Of a DNA stretch of 64,000 nucleotides, positions 1 to 8,708 are shown in pieces. Each line of letters starts with the position of its first letter. Position 1 is the stretch's first letter. A program made the translations under genes and the position numbers. The stretch lies in the IMG/VR virus record IMGVR_UViG_3300037484_000317; one strand, 5' to 3'. The notes beneath the pieces are model-generated. The model saw only the letters and a list, made by a program, of their open reading frames with translations. It was not told the origin of the DNA and made no database searches. The stretch is from a virus (Duplodnaviria; Heunggongvirae; Uroviricota; Caudoviricetes).

Positions 1-805
1 GGGCGAGCTGTGGACCCATGCTTCTCTTGCTGGGGGATTTCGCAGCACCTTCGCGTTGAACTGGGCCTACAACCAGGCTGTCTACATGAAGTACGACTCG
101 TGTGTTGTCTCTCTGGAGATGACCTACGACCAGTGCATGGACATTATCTGTGCAATGCACAGTATGCACCCCAAGTTCGTGGACATCCGAATCGAGCTGG
201 GTCTTCAGCATGGGGATTCTGGGCCTAGTACCGGACTAGACTACGATAAGATCCGTAATGGAAAGCTGACTCCGGCTGAGGGCACATTCTTACTGGATCA
301 CGTGATTCCGGACTTCGAGTCTGGTGCCAAGTCCGGAGAGTACGGTAAGATCCATATTGAGACTTCGAGCTTCACTGTGGCCGACCTGAAGTCCAAAGCG
401 GAATCCCTCTATTTTCGGACCCCGTTCTCACTCCTGTTTGTGGACCACTCAGGCCTACTGGCTCCCCGCCGTCATCACGGCAACAACGCAACAGATCGGG
501 TCAACGAGGTGATCCGAGACCTCAAGGGCTTAGCTATGGACTTCAACCGGGGTTCCGGTATGGCAGTCGTAGAAATGTCGCAGATCCTGAGAGGGCAACT
601 GGTGGGTGGTCTCCAAATCCCACACACTCTGAGCAGCATACCGGACAATGGGCGTTCCTCTGACGTTGTGACCGCATCCAGCTCTCTTCTATCCGGTTCT
701 CGGATTCTGTTTCAGTGTCTCAAGGCACGAAATGCAGCAAGCCCCTTCCCGGACTTCCAATCTCGTATCACGTCATCCAGGCGTATCCTGAGTTGTGACT
801 CCTGA
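1..805 (+). CDS. DnaB-like replicative helicase, C-terminal part (5-prime truncated at window edge)
   Basis: The frame is open from the window start. LLFVDHSGLL and RVNEVIRDLKGLAMDFNRGSGMAVVEMSQILR resemble the DnaB H4/RecA-fold C-terminal motifs (IIDYLQLM; EISRSLKALAKEL..VALSQLNR). The Ser-rich C-terminal tail is atypical. Confidence 0.4.
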   Translation, partial: GELWTHASLAGGFRSTFALNWAYNQAVYMKYDSCVVSLEMTYDQCMDIICAMHSMHPKFVDIRIELGLQHGDSGPSTGLDYDKIRNGKLTPAEGTFLLDHVIPDFESGAKSGEYGKIHIETSSFTVADLKSKAESLYFRTPFSLLFVDHSGLLAPRRHHGNNATDRVNEVIRDLKGLAMDFNRGSGMAVVEMSQILRGQLVGGLQIPHTLSSIPDNGRSSDVVTASSSLLSGSRILFQCLKARNAASPFPDFQSRITSSRRILSCDS

Positions 806-830
806 CTGACAGAAGCGTAAGCACGATAGG

Positions 831-1268
831 ATGCAACACGTAATCAACGGGGCTAGCGACGACACTGTCCAGGTGGATGGCCCGAAGGGTGGCGAGTTCT
901 ACGCCTATGACCAGGCTGTCTTCTTGGAGTTCCGCCCGAGTGACGATGTGTTCTTAGTCATGTACGTACGTGGTGTGTGGCGGGTGGTGCACTACGTGAT
1001 CGGTCCGAGAGAAGAGATCGACCCCTATCGATTGAAAGTCTCTATCGATGCCATGCCCCCAGACCAAGAGGGTGAGGATGCAACGGGTCGATACACAGAT
1101 CGTGTGACCGTCGATGGTCCTGTGTCGTGGATTGAGGGGTGGGAGTCCTGGCCGCCTAAGGGCGACGAGATACGCTCACGAATTGTCGAAGCTGCCTCCA
1201 ATGGAAACCTCAGCGACCGCACAGCCCGTGACATGTGGGACGCATTCAAATTTCGGAACTGTGAGTGA
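831..1268 (+). CDS. hypothetical protein
   Basis: 145-aa ORF in the plus-strand block, with an ATGA-type overlap to the next ORF. Confidence 0.5.
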   Translation: MQHVINGASDDTVQVDGPKGGEFYAYDQAVFLEFRPSDDVFLVMYVRGVWRVVHYVIGPREEIDPYRLKVSIDAMPPDQEGEDATGRYTDRVTVDGPVSWIEGWESWPPKGDEIRSRIVEAASNGNLSDRTARDMWDAFKFRNCE

Positions 1269-1720
1269 CGATGACACATCCCAGAGCAGTTGTACGTATG
1301 CAGAATGGACAGCAAGTTCTTGACGATCCTGATGCACTAGCCGTCTTCCGAGCCGTCCAAAAGCACAACTGTATCCAGACGTGCATGGAGAACCACGATC
1401 GCATTGTACACTTCGCTAGGCGTATCGCGGAGCGTGGTCTGACATTCGATGAGGTGGTCATCACCGTTCTGAATGTGGATGATCCACATGGTGGTCCTGT
1501 CGCCGAGATGCTCATGCCTGGTCATCCATGGGACGAATACAGGGCCCGTGGGGAGGTGCCATTCGCTCGTGGGCTTGCCGCTCGTGAGGGGATTCAGTCT
1601 GTGGTCGATGAAATCGACTCAGAAGCTGGAGAAAAGCTCCGAAATATTTCCCCACACGGTGGAGAGTCCGTGATCGTCGTGGTCATGGATCATGGTGTGG
1701 TCGAGATTTTCACTTACTGA
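1265..1720 (+). CDS. hypothetical protein
   Basis: 151-aa ORF, tightly packed with its neighbours. Confidence 0.5.
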   Translation: MTMTHPRAVVRMQNGQQVLDDPDALAVFRAVQKHNCIQTCMENHDRIVHFARRIAERGLTFDEVVITVLNVDDPHGGPVAEMLMPGHPWDEYRARGEVPFARGLAAREGIQSVVDEIDSEAGEKLRNISPHGGESVIVVVMDHGVVEIFTY

Positions 1721-1736
1721 GAGCGTAAGGCCCACC

Positions 1737-1964
1737 ATGGCACGTATTGAATTGTTCGTTTTGTTTGGATTGCTGGTGGGTATCCCTATCGGCGTACTCG
1801 GCTCGCACTTCGTTCGCATGTATTTCGCTTGGCGGGATTCGCGTGTGCTTCGGGTCCGAGTCAAAGCCAACCTTCAAGAGAACATCAGTGCGGCCCACAC
1901 AGACACACTGCTGGATGAACTGTCGAAACGTGATGACCTGATTGAAACAAGGAGAAATCGATGA
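1737..1964 (+). CDS. small membrane protein (possible NfeD-like partner of the SPFH protein)
   Basis: Internal ATG of the track ORF 1692..1964, with GAGCGTAAGG 6 nt upstream. A hydrophobic helix (IELFVLFGLLVGIPIGVLG) is present, and the stop overlaps the start of the SPFH gene. Confidence 0.45.
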   Translation: MARIELFVLFGLLVGIPIGVLGSHFVRMYFAWRDSRVLRVRVKANLQENISAAHTDTLLDELSKRDDLIETRRNR

Positions 1965-2863
1965 AGAAGGCTCTGTTACTGACGATGCTGTTGGCCACCA
2001 CTGGATGCAGCGAGACAATCAATCCTGGTGAGGTCGGGGTGTGCGTCGACTGGGGACAGGTCCAGAACTGGACGTACCCGGAGGGATTTCACTGGACGGG
2101 TGGGATGGGTGTCGATGTCCTGCGCATGAGCACTCGTACGATGAGCTACGAGATGGGGTCCAGCGGCACACCGGGGGCCGAAGGTGAAGCTCAGGAAGCG
2201 GGAGTCGAGCGTGGCGACGCAGTGGCTGTGCGGTCTAGGGACCAACTCGAAGTCACGATCGCCGCCACGATTCAATTCCACTTGAGTGGCGCTTCCGCTC
2301 CAGCCATCTACCGTCTCTACGGTATGGGCTACGCGGACACGATCATCCATCCGAACGTGCGCACTTCGATTCGGGATACAGCGGCCAGTTTTACAGCGAT
2401 CAATCTCATCGACCAGCGAGCCGAATTCCAAGACCAGTTGGAAACACGCATCTTGAGTCAACTTCGAACCACGCTCAAGGCGCGTGGTGTACCTGAGAAC
2501 GCCATCGTCATTGAGGCCATCCTCGTGCAGAACATCGACCTCCCCACGGAACTTGACGCTTCGATCAATGCCGTGGTCGTGGAGCGCCAGGGAACTGCTC
2601 GTCAGGATCAGGCTCGTCTGACAGCTTTGGCGAATGCTGCACGCCTTCGGGCAGAAGCCGACGGTGAGGCAACTGCCTTGACCATTCGGGCAACAGCAGA
2701 GGCCGGGGCCAATCGCATCCGGAGCGAGTCCCTCACGCCGGCTGTTCTGCGTGCACGACAGATCGAGTTGATGGGTGACTTGCTGCGCAATGAGCACACT
2801 CGTACTCTCATGGTCCCCATCGGGAACTCCCCACTGTTCACCATGCCCACTACGGTAGAGTGA
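1961..2863 (+). CDS. SPFH/band-7 (stomatin/HflC-like) domain lipoprotein
   Basis: N-terminal signal peptide with Cys (MKKALLLTMLLATTGCSE) followed by an SPFH-like body (…QDQARLTALANAARLRAEADGEATALTIRATAEAGANRIRSESLTPAVLRARQIELMGDLL). Confidence 0.65.
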   Translation: MKKALLLTMLLATTGCSETINPGEVGVCVDWGQVQNWTYPEGFHWTGGMGVDVLRMSTRTMSYEMGSSGTPGAEGEAQEAGVERGDAVAVRSRDQLEVTIAATIQFHLSGASAPAIYRLYGMGYADTIIHPNVRTSIRDTAASFTAINLIDQRAEFQDQLETRILSQLRTTLKARGVPENAIVIEAILVQNIDLPTELDASINAVVVERQGTARQDQARLTALANAARLRAEADGEATALTIRATAEAGANRIRSESLTPAVLRARQIELMGDLLRNEHTRTLMVPIGNSPLFTMPTTVE

Positions 2864-2867
2864 GCCC

Positions 2868-3608
2868 ATGGTAAAAGTAACAGGCTCACTTGGTGGACTT
2901 GAATATCGGAAGACTTCCCGAGAGGCAGAGGCTACCGTGAAGAAGGCTACCGTGAAGAAGGCTACCGTGAAGAAGTCCATCGCAGCAACACGAAAGTCTG
3001 CCACGAAGGCCCCAGCAAAGGCCCCAGCAACCCGATCCCAATGGATGCCGGTTTGGGAGGCAGATCCACGAAGTGGCAATCCCTCTGCCGACTACAATCG
3101 GCAAGCTGGGCGAACTACTGCCACACTGCGAAACGCCGTGGACGTTCTTCTCCAGGGGAAGAACGTGGCGTACATCACTCTTTCTGTAGACCACTCGAAG
3201 GTGCTGTCCCAGATTGCATTTGAGCATCTTCAGACTGTTCTGATGGACACCGACGGGGAGTACAAGCTAGGACATACGGGACAGGCAGTGATTTCTAATG
3301 TCAGTCGTGGCAAAGGCCAGTCCCTTCGATTCGTGAGTCTAAGGCAGGTTGCACTGGGGAACCTTCGCGGTCGCTATGAGGTTGTGATCCCAGATCACCT
3401 AGCCTACGAGTCCGTCTCAGAAGAGAATCTGTCTCTGAGGGGAAAGAATGTAGCTATGATTCGAGAGCGTGAAGAGATCCAAAGGAGGGTCGTGGAAATC
3501 CAGACGTCCCTCTCCAGGTTCCAGGATTACCTTGCTCAATGCACGCCCATCCCCCTAGAATCCTCGGATGGTAACGTCAGAGCGCCCCTTCGAGAAGTGT
3601 GTGCATAG
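2868..3608 (+). CDS. hypothetical protein with N-terminal Lys-rich KKATV tandem repeats
   Basis: 246-aa ORF. The ATVKKATVKKATVKK segment is encoded by 15-bp tandem repeats at about 2936-2985, followed by a KAPAKAPA repeat. Confidence 0.5.
   Translation: MVKVTGSLGGLEYRKTSREAEATVKKATVKKATVKKSIAATRKSATKAPAKAPATRSQWMPVWEADPRSGNPSADYNRQAGRTTATLRNAVDVLLQGKNVAYITLSVDHSKVLSQIAFEHLQTVLMDTDGEYKLGHTGQAVISNVSRGKGQSLRFVSLRQVALGNLRGRYEVVIPDHLAYESVSEENLSLRGKNVAMIREREEIQRRVVEIQTSLSRFQDYLAQCTPIPLESSDGNVRAPLREVCA
2936..3035 (+). repeat. 15-bp tandem coding repeat (gtgaagaaggctacc x3.5) plus short gccccagcaaag repeat
   Basis: Direct reading of the sequence; lies inside CDS 2868..3608. Confidence 0.8.
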
Positions 3609-3616
3609 GCTTGTGA

Positions 3617-3871
3617 ATGAGTCTACCTCTTTCGGATGATCAGTTCTACATTCGGGATGTGGAAACGGGGGGCGACCTGGTTCTATGGTGGCGTCCAGAC
3701 CGAAGGGGCTACACGAGCTGCCTCGAAAAGGCTGGCATTTACTCGAAGGCTGAGGCCGAATCGATCGCCCGCATCCGTGGGACCGATGTCCCCTACCCCA
3801 AGCACGAGGTAGATTCCCTCGCGCGCCTCGTTGTTTTCCAGGATGACCTTCCCAGAAACCAGCAAGGGTAG
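3617..3871 (+). CDS. hypothetical protein
   Basis: 84-aa ORF in gene-dense context. Confidence 0.35.
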   Translation: MSLPLSDDQFYIRDVETGGDLVLWWRPDRRGYTSCLEKAGIYSKAEAESIARIRGTDVPYPKHEVDSLARLVVFQDDLPRNQQG

Positions 3872-3917
3872 CTCGACACCCTACAAGTCGAGACCCAGAA
3901 ACAAGGTAACGTAGGTC

Positions 3918-4580
3918 ATGGTACCAGTCTCTCGAATCCGCGGTCCGAATCCCACCCCAGTCCCACCCCAGATGGCACCCCCTCCCAAGTGGGACCCGCA
4001 GGCAGAGGCCCAAGCCTACTTTGCTGGCCCTCACGCCTCCTGGGCTGAGTGCCAGCGTGGTGATTGGCTCATGGCCTGGGCTGAGTCCATGAACCTAGAC
4101 AAGAGGCACCTGGTGCGTGCACGGTGTGCCATGGCCCGGCTTGTGGTTGACCCGGATAATCTGGACACAGACCAGTGCCTGCTAGCAGCTGAGGAGTGGG
4201 CTATGGGAAAGGCGATCTGGCTAGATGGTAATCTACGACCGGTGACGGATGCACCACTGGATCTTACGAAGATCCGAAATCATGCCGTTACGTGGGCCAG
4301 CATGCGCCTTGCACAGATCGCTGAGGAGAGTGAGGGGACCTTCCCACCGGACTTCTATCGATACTACGCAGCGGTCTCCGCTGCGGATTCGATTTACGTA
4401 CCTGAGCTTCCATCGTTCTCTGTGGCCCTGGCAGTAGCTGGTTGCGCACGGGCTGTAGCCTTGGAAGAGCGGGCACAGTTTCACGACCACTTTGATCGGG
4501 GCGGGGCGGAGTATCGGGCTATGCTTGCGAAATGTGCAGATGCAGTACGAGACGTGGTCGTTTACGATTCCCGGTCGTGA
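3918..4580 (+). CDS. hypothetical protein (Pro-rich N-terminus)
   Basis: 220-aa ORF. Confidence 0.5.
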   Translation: MVPVSRIRGPNPTPVPPQMAPPPKWDPQAEAQAYFAGPHASWAECQRGDWLMAWAESMNLDKRHLVRARCAMARLVVDPDNLDTDQCLLAAEEWAMGKAIWLDGNLRPVTDAPLDLTKIRNHAVTWASMRLAQIAEESEGTFPPDFYRYYAAVSAADSIYVPELPSFSVALAVAGCARAVALEERAQFHDHFDRGGAEYRAMLAKCADAVRDVVVYDSRS

Positions 4581-4753
4581 CGAAGTGGGGCGGCTATGAA
4601 ACCCAGTGCGATGTGCCCTCATGCACGACCCGATTGGCGTCAGTGCCCACATTGTCTGGGAATCAACACGGGCGATTCCGCAAGTATTGTTGCGGCAAGC
4701 ACCTACACAGAGTGGCCACCCGGGTCACGACCGAACCGTGCGCGACGGCGTAA
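4577..4753 (+). CDS. small Cys-rich (zinc-ribbon-like) protein
   Basis: The GTG start overlaps the upstream stop (GTGA). Contains CDVPSC…HGRFRKYCCGKHLH. Confidence 0.3.
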   Translation: MTKWGGYETQCDVPSCTTRLASVPTLSGNQHGRFRKYCCGKHLHRVATRVTTEPCATA

Positions 4754-4761
4754 AGAAGCAC

Positions 4762-5022
4762 ATGAAGCCAAAAACAGGTGACATTGGGTGCGTCGAGTGC
4801 GGTAAGACAGCACGGTACTATTTTTCGGGTGGTTTGTGCCCTTCGTGTCAGATGGAAATCGACGCTAACACAGCGGTCTCAAGTATCGTAGAAGACATAT
4901 CTGATCGACGTGGGCTCAAGTGGGAGTGGGGCGGGATTGACTCTGACATCCAGGATGAGATCAAGCGAGTCTGGGCCAGTGCGATTTGCGATGCCTTCAA
5001 GGACTGGCATCAGCAAGGGTAG
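4762..5022 (+). CDS. small zinc-ribbon protein
   Basis: Internal ATG of track ORF 4606..5022. Contains CVECGKTARYYFSGGLCPSC. Confidence 0.4.
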   Translation: MKPKTGDIGCVECGKTARYYFSGGLCPSCQMEIDANTAVSSIVEDISDRRGLKWEWGGIDSDIQDEIKRVWASAICDAFKDWHQQG

Positions 5023-5062
5023 CTAGACCCTACAGAGTCTGGACAAGGATTGAGGTGGGATT

Positions 5063-5215
5063 ATGAAGCCACTGACGATGACTGAAGAATTAGAGGTCGA
5101 AATCAGGGAAGCTGCTATCAAGCGAGGCGGGTTTGCGGATGGGGTCCGTATGCGGGCCCTGATTGCTGAGATAGACGCTCTACGTAAACAACTGGATGAG
5201 AGACCCAAAGAATGA
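5063..5215 (+). CDS. small protein, MKPLTMT/AEIDALR paralog family member 1
   Basis: 50-aa ORF below the track threshold, with RBS GAGGTGGG upstream. Shares the N-terminal MKPLTMT and the AEIDALR core with the genes at 41679 and 40175. ATGA overlap with the next ORF. Confidence 0.45.
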   Translation: MKPLTMTEELEVEIREAAIKRGGFADGVRMRALIAEIDALRKQLDERPKE

Positions 5216-5550
5216 TCGGCGGCAGAGACATCATCTATCCTCATGGACTGTCGGGTCAGGCACTCGACTTTGTGCAGCGATGCGTTCGTGGTGTCTGGAA
5301 CAAATCTGTGGTGGAGATGGATAGCATGCATCCTACCATCTCGGTCTTCTTCTACAAGGACCATCAGGCTTTCCAGTCTTGGAAAGAGGATGGGGCTACA
5401 CCCGAAAATGACGACACGATGATCCATCTCCTCTCGGAGTCAGGGGAGACTACGTTCGTCGTGGCCTCAACTCAGCCAGAGACTCGAAAGATGGTTGAGG
5501 ACATCATTCTTGGTCTTGACGTTAACTTCACGCATGGACCATTCGCGTGA
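5212..5550 (+). CDS. hypothetical protein
   Basis: 112-aa ORF. Confidence 0.5.
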   Translation: MIGGRDIIYPHGLSGQALDFVQRCVRGVWNKSVVEMDSMHPTISVFFYKDHQAFQSWKEDGATPENDDTMIHLLSESGETTFVVASTQPETRKMVEDIILGLDVNFTHGPFA

Positions 5551-6176
5551 GGCAAAGCATTGCCATCCTTTCGCCAGAGAAACTTCGTTATACCATTGGA
5601 TGGAACAATGCTCCAGACCTCTTCATTGCGGGGCGTGTAGACGGGGATTGGCTCATCCTGGTTTACGGGGATCTTCATTCAATCTGTGTACCTCTCTCCG
5701 CATTCCACCAAGTAGCGTCCGGCCCCAAGCCTGATCCCTCTCGTCTTAGCATCGAGGACTACGGGCAGACCGTGTGCCTTGGGGAGTATGAGATTGCAGC
5801 AGACTGGTTACGTGCTCGTCCCCGGGTTCAGGTTCATGGGTATTTGTCCATTCTCACAGGCTACGAGTTCGATAGGGGTAAGAGGATACTAATGGATCCA
5901 AGAAACGGTCGAATCTACTCTGAGGATGAAATCAAGAGTCTCCCAGCGAAGGGGGCACGCGAACGGCTTGTAGAAATCCCGCAGTCCGCTCTGGCAACCA
6001 TCGAAGAGATGGGTCCAGATGCCCGTAAAGCGTGGGCACGCGAACGACAGACATGCTCATGTGGTCACCGTCGGGTTGAGCACTCGAAGCACGGTAGTGG
6101 ACGATGCCGTGGAAGAGGCATTCAAGTCGGTCGCTGTATCTGTCAGAAGATGCGGCTCGTTAAGGTGGCCTCATGA
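5547..6176 (+). CDS. hypothetical protein with C-terminal Cys/His cluster
   Basis: 209-aa ORF ending …CSCGHRRVEHSKHGSGRCRGRGIQVGRCIC. Confidence 0.5.
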   Translation: MRQSIAILSPEKLRYTIGWNNAPDLFIAGRVDGDWLILVYGDLHSICVPLSAFHQVASGPKPDPSRLSIEDYGQTVCLGEYEIAADWLRARPRVQVHGYLSILTGYEFDRGKRILMDPRNGRIYSEDEIKSLPAKGARERLVEIPQSALATIEEMGPDARKAWARERQTCSCGHRRVEHSKHGSGRCRGRGIQVGRCICQKMRLVKVAS

Positions 6177-6382
6177 TCTCAACGCCTATCCATGATGGAC
6201 GCCTCGGGGTGCATTGCGGGTCCGATGATTCGGATCTCGCGCACTGGACCATCACGGGCGAAGTGACCTGCGTAGAGTGCCATAAGGCAGCGAGGGTTGC
6301 ATCGGATCGGGCATGGGCAAGGATAGACGCTCATGAGGCAGCGTTCGAGGCACGTATGGAAGATCTGGCCAAGGGCACATAA
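6173..6382 (+). CDS. hypothetical protein
   Basis: 69-aa ORF with Cys/His pairs. Confidence 0.4.
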   Translation: MISTPIHDGRLGVHCGSDDSDLAHWTITGEVTCVECHKAARVASDRAWARIDAHEAAFEARMEDLAKGT

Positions 6383-6687
6383 TGGGCTGGGCAGACACGT
6401 ACATCGCTGGACTGAAGCGCGGGGAGACTGTGAGCTTCCGTCCACGGGGCGGCAGCATGACTGGCAAGATCAACAGCGGCGACCTGTGCACTGTGGCGCC
6501 CCTGGGAGATACAGTACTGAAAGTCGGAGACATTGTGCTGTGTCAGGTGCATGGCAATCAGTACCTGCACTTGGTGAAGAAGCGTGCCGATGACGAACGA
6601 TACATGATCGGCAACAATCGTGGGGGTGAAAATGGCTGGATTGGACGAGCCAAGATCTTCGGTATCTTGAAGAGCGTTCAGGCTTGA
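6382..6687 (+). CDS. S24 (LexA/UmuD/signal-peptidase-like) peptidase-fold protein
   Basis: RPRGGSMTGKINSGDLCTV resembles the GDSM…GD motif of S24 peptidases, with a downstream KKR candidate catalytic Lys. Confidence 0.45.
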   Translation: MGWADTYIAGLKRGETVSFRPRGGSMTGKINSGDLCTVAPLGDTVLKVGDIVLCQVHGNQYLHLVKKRADDERYMIGNNRGGENGWIGRAKIFGILKSVQA

Positions 6688-6741
6688 TATAAGGAAAGGT
6701 ACATCTGCCTCTCAATACTGGGTCTATCCATCATTGATGGT

Positions 6742-7581
6742 ATGAACCACGAGAAGGTATACCAAGAATTGATGAGGACACGTCAGAGTTTGGACCGTAA
6801 GAGCCGAAAGGACGGGTCTTTGGAGCGACACCATATCCGTCCGAAGTGCCTTGGAGGCACTAACGCGAAGGAGAACCTTGTCTACCTGACTCCCCGGGAG
6901 CATTTCCTGGCACACCTGCTGTTGGTCCGATTCCTGACGGGAAAGCCAAAAGCACAAATGTCTTTTGCTCTCCTTATGATGACTCGGAACAACCCGAATC
7001 AAACGAGGATTGTGTCCTCTTGGCAATATGCGGTTGTAAAGAAGGCCATCAGCGAGAATTGCCGTGGATCAAATCATCCGGCGTTTGGTTTAAGGAAAAC
7101 TGAGGCTCAGAAGAAAGTGATCTCAGAGCGGATGTCTGGACCAAACAATCCCCATTACGGACAGATATCCTGGAATCATGGGTTGACGGCGGATACTTCT
7201 CCGATCCTTCGACGGGCCGGAGAGAAGTACAGCCTTTATGTCAAGGAGAACCCTAGTGTTTTGCAAGGACGTTCCCATACGGAAGAGACTCGACAGAAAA
7301 TCAGTAGAGGCCATCTTGGGAAAACGAAGAGCGAAGATCATCTCCAGAAAATTTCCCTTGCTTTAAAGGGCAGGAGCCCCACACGAGAAGCTATTGAAAA
7401 AAGCGCTTTGCTTCATCGCGGGGTCTCGCAAGAGACTCTTGTTTGTCCAAAGTGTTTGAAATCCGGTGGGACAGTCGCGATGAGACGGTGGCATTTCGAG
7501 TTCTGTGGGATTCGAAAGCCCATCTCGGAAGAAACGCGTGAAAAGATGCGTAGGGCGGCAAGGCTTCGGGTTCGAGCGTAA
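6742..7581 (+). CDS. HNH homing endonuclease with NUMOD3-type repeats
   Basis: HHIRPKCLGGTNAKENLVYLTPREHFLAH is an HNH motif. Repeated NHPAFGLRKTEAQKK / GPNNPHYGQ NUMOD-like modules follow. The gene is low-GC relative to its neighbours and freestanding. Confidence 0.75.
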   Translation: MNHEKVYQELMRTRQSLDRKSRKDGSLERHHIRPKCLGGTNAKENLVYLTPREHFLAHLLLVRFLTGKPKAQMSFALLMMTRNNPNQTRIVSSWQYAVVKKAISENCRGSNHPAFGLRKTEAQKKVISERMSGPNNPHYGQISWNHGLTADTSPILRRAGEKYSLYVKENPSVLQGRSHTEETRQKISRGHLGKTKSEDHLQKISLALKGRSPTREAIEKSALLHRGVSQETLVCPKCLKSGGTVAMRRWHFEFCGIRKPISEETREKMRRAARLRVRA

Positions 7582-7588
7582 GAGGCAC

Positions 7589-8020
7589 ATGGAACAGCGA
7601 CGTGTCAAACAAGTGCTAGTAGTCCGCAAAGATTTGCACATGAGATCCGGAAAAATCGCGGCGCAGGCGAGTCACGCTTCGATGAAAGTCCTACTCGACT
7701 TGATGGTTCAATCTGGAACGAGTTTTTTCCCGTTTGCACCATATGCAACAACGAGATCATTGACTCTCTCCCTGGAAGACGGCACACCCCTTCAACTCTG
7801 GCTGGATGGGTCCTTCACGAAGATCGTCGTCTCTGTCAACAGTGAGAGTGAGTTGGATGCTGTCTACCAAAAGGCGCAAGCAGCAGGGCTCTTGTCGGCT
7901 CTCATCGTGGACAACGGATACACGGAGTTTCATGGCGTGCCCACCAAGACCGTAGTGGCAATCGGTCCGGCGTGGGCCGATGAAATCGACCTGATCACTG
8001 GGGGCTTACCTCTCCTGTGA
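7589..8020 (+). CDS. pth2: peptidyl-tRNA hydrolase, PTH2 family
   Basis: KQVLVVRKDLHMRSGKIAAQASHAS matches the PTH2 signature (VLVVRTDL…GKIAAQCSHA). Starts at an internal ATG 8 nt after the HNH stop. Confidence 0.7.
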   Translation: MEQRRVKQVLVVRKDLHMRSGKIAAQASHASMKVLLDLMVQSGTSFFPFAPYATTRSLTLSLEDGTPLQLWLDGSFTKIVVSVNSESELDAVYQKAQAAGLLSALIVDNGYTEFHGVPTKTVVAIGPAWADEIDLITGGLPLL

Positions 8021-8199
8021 CAGACGATATCAGACCTCGTGGCACTGTAGAGGTGCGGTGCTCCGCTCCTGGATGCGAATGGCGCTTCTGGGTTGAAACG
8101 CTTGATCCACGTCTCCCTAACGGCCCCTTCTATTGTTCCGAGGGGTGCGATCCACCGGGGTCACCTCCGCGCCCACGCCTCCAGAAATCTCCCGTCTGA
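8017..8199 (+). CDS. small Cys-rich protein
   Basis: 60-aa ORF with CSAPGCEW…YCSEGCD. Confidence 0.35.
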   Translation: MTDDIRPRGTVEVRCSAPGCEWRFWVETLDPRLPNGPFYCSEGCDPPGSPPRPRLQKSPV

Positions 8200-8213
8200 G
8201 GCGTAAGGGGTAC

Positions 8214-8657
8214 ATGGACTACACGAAGATTTATGGGGGTTGGAACTCCCTGCCCGATTGCCGTATCCGTTTGGATTTGGGTGACGGTGTGGAGCACTTG
8301 TGGGGGAAGATGCTTCCGGACGGTACGTTCGGGATCAACAACATGCCCCTCGATGCCTCCTACCAGTGGCAGGATATCGTCAGCTCGCAAGAGCTTCGAA
8401 ACAGTGCCGCGCTCATCCACCGACGTTGGAAGTGCAAGACGTACTTCTGCTTCAAAGAGGATCCCAAGGGGGACCAGACACTGCGGCAGACTATCGCAGA
8501 GACCCTTCAGGCAAGAGGGCTCTACCCGGGGTTTTGGACCACAGGTGTGGGCTATGCCCTCTTCAAGGAAGACCTTGGGGAAGAGGCTAGTCAGAAAGTC
8601 ATCTCGGATGCCCTGGATGGTAAGGCTGAGTTGGTTGCGAATCCAAATCTGTCGTGA
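8214..8657 (+). CDS. hypothetical protein
   Basis: Internal ATG, preceded by TGAGGCGTAAGGGGTAC. Confidence 0.5.
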   Translation: MDYTKIYGGWNSLPDCRIRLDLGDGVEHLWGKMLPDGTFGINNMPLDASYQWQDIVSSQELRNSAALIHRRWKCKTYFCFKEDPKGDQTLRQTIAETLQARGLYPGFWTTGVGYALFKEDLGEEASQKVISDALDGKAELVANPNLS

Positions 8658-8708
8658 CCCAGGCGGTGAGAATGCATTTCACGGCTGTGGTTCCCGTGAC
8701 ATTCTGAC

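Noticed and set aside
2936-2985. 15-bp tandem repeats considered as a CRISPR or minisatellite locus
   Set aside because: The repeats are contiguous with no spacers and are in-frame coding (KKATV). This is not a CRISPR array, and none was seen elsewhere in the window.
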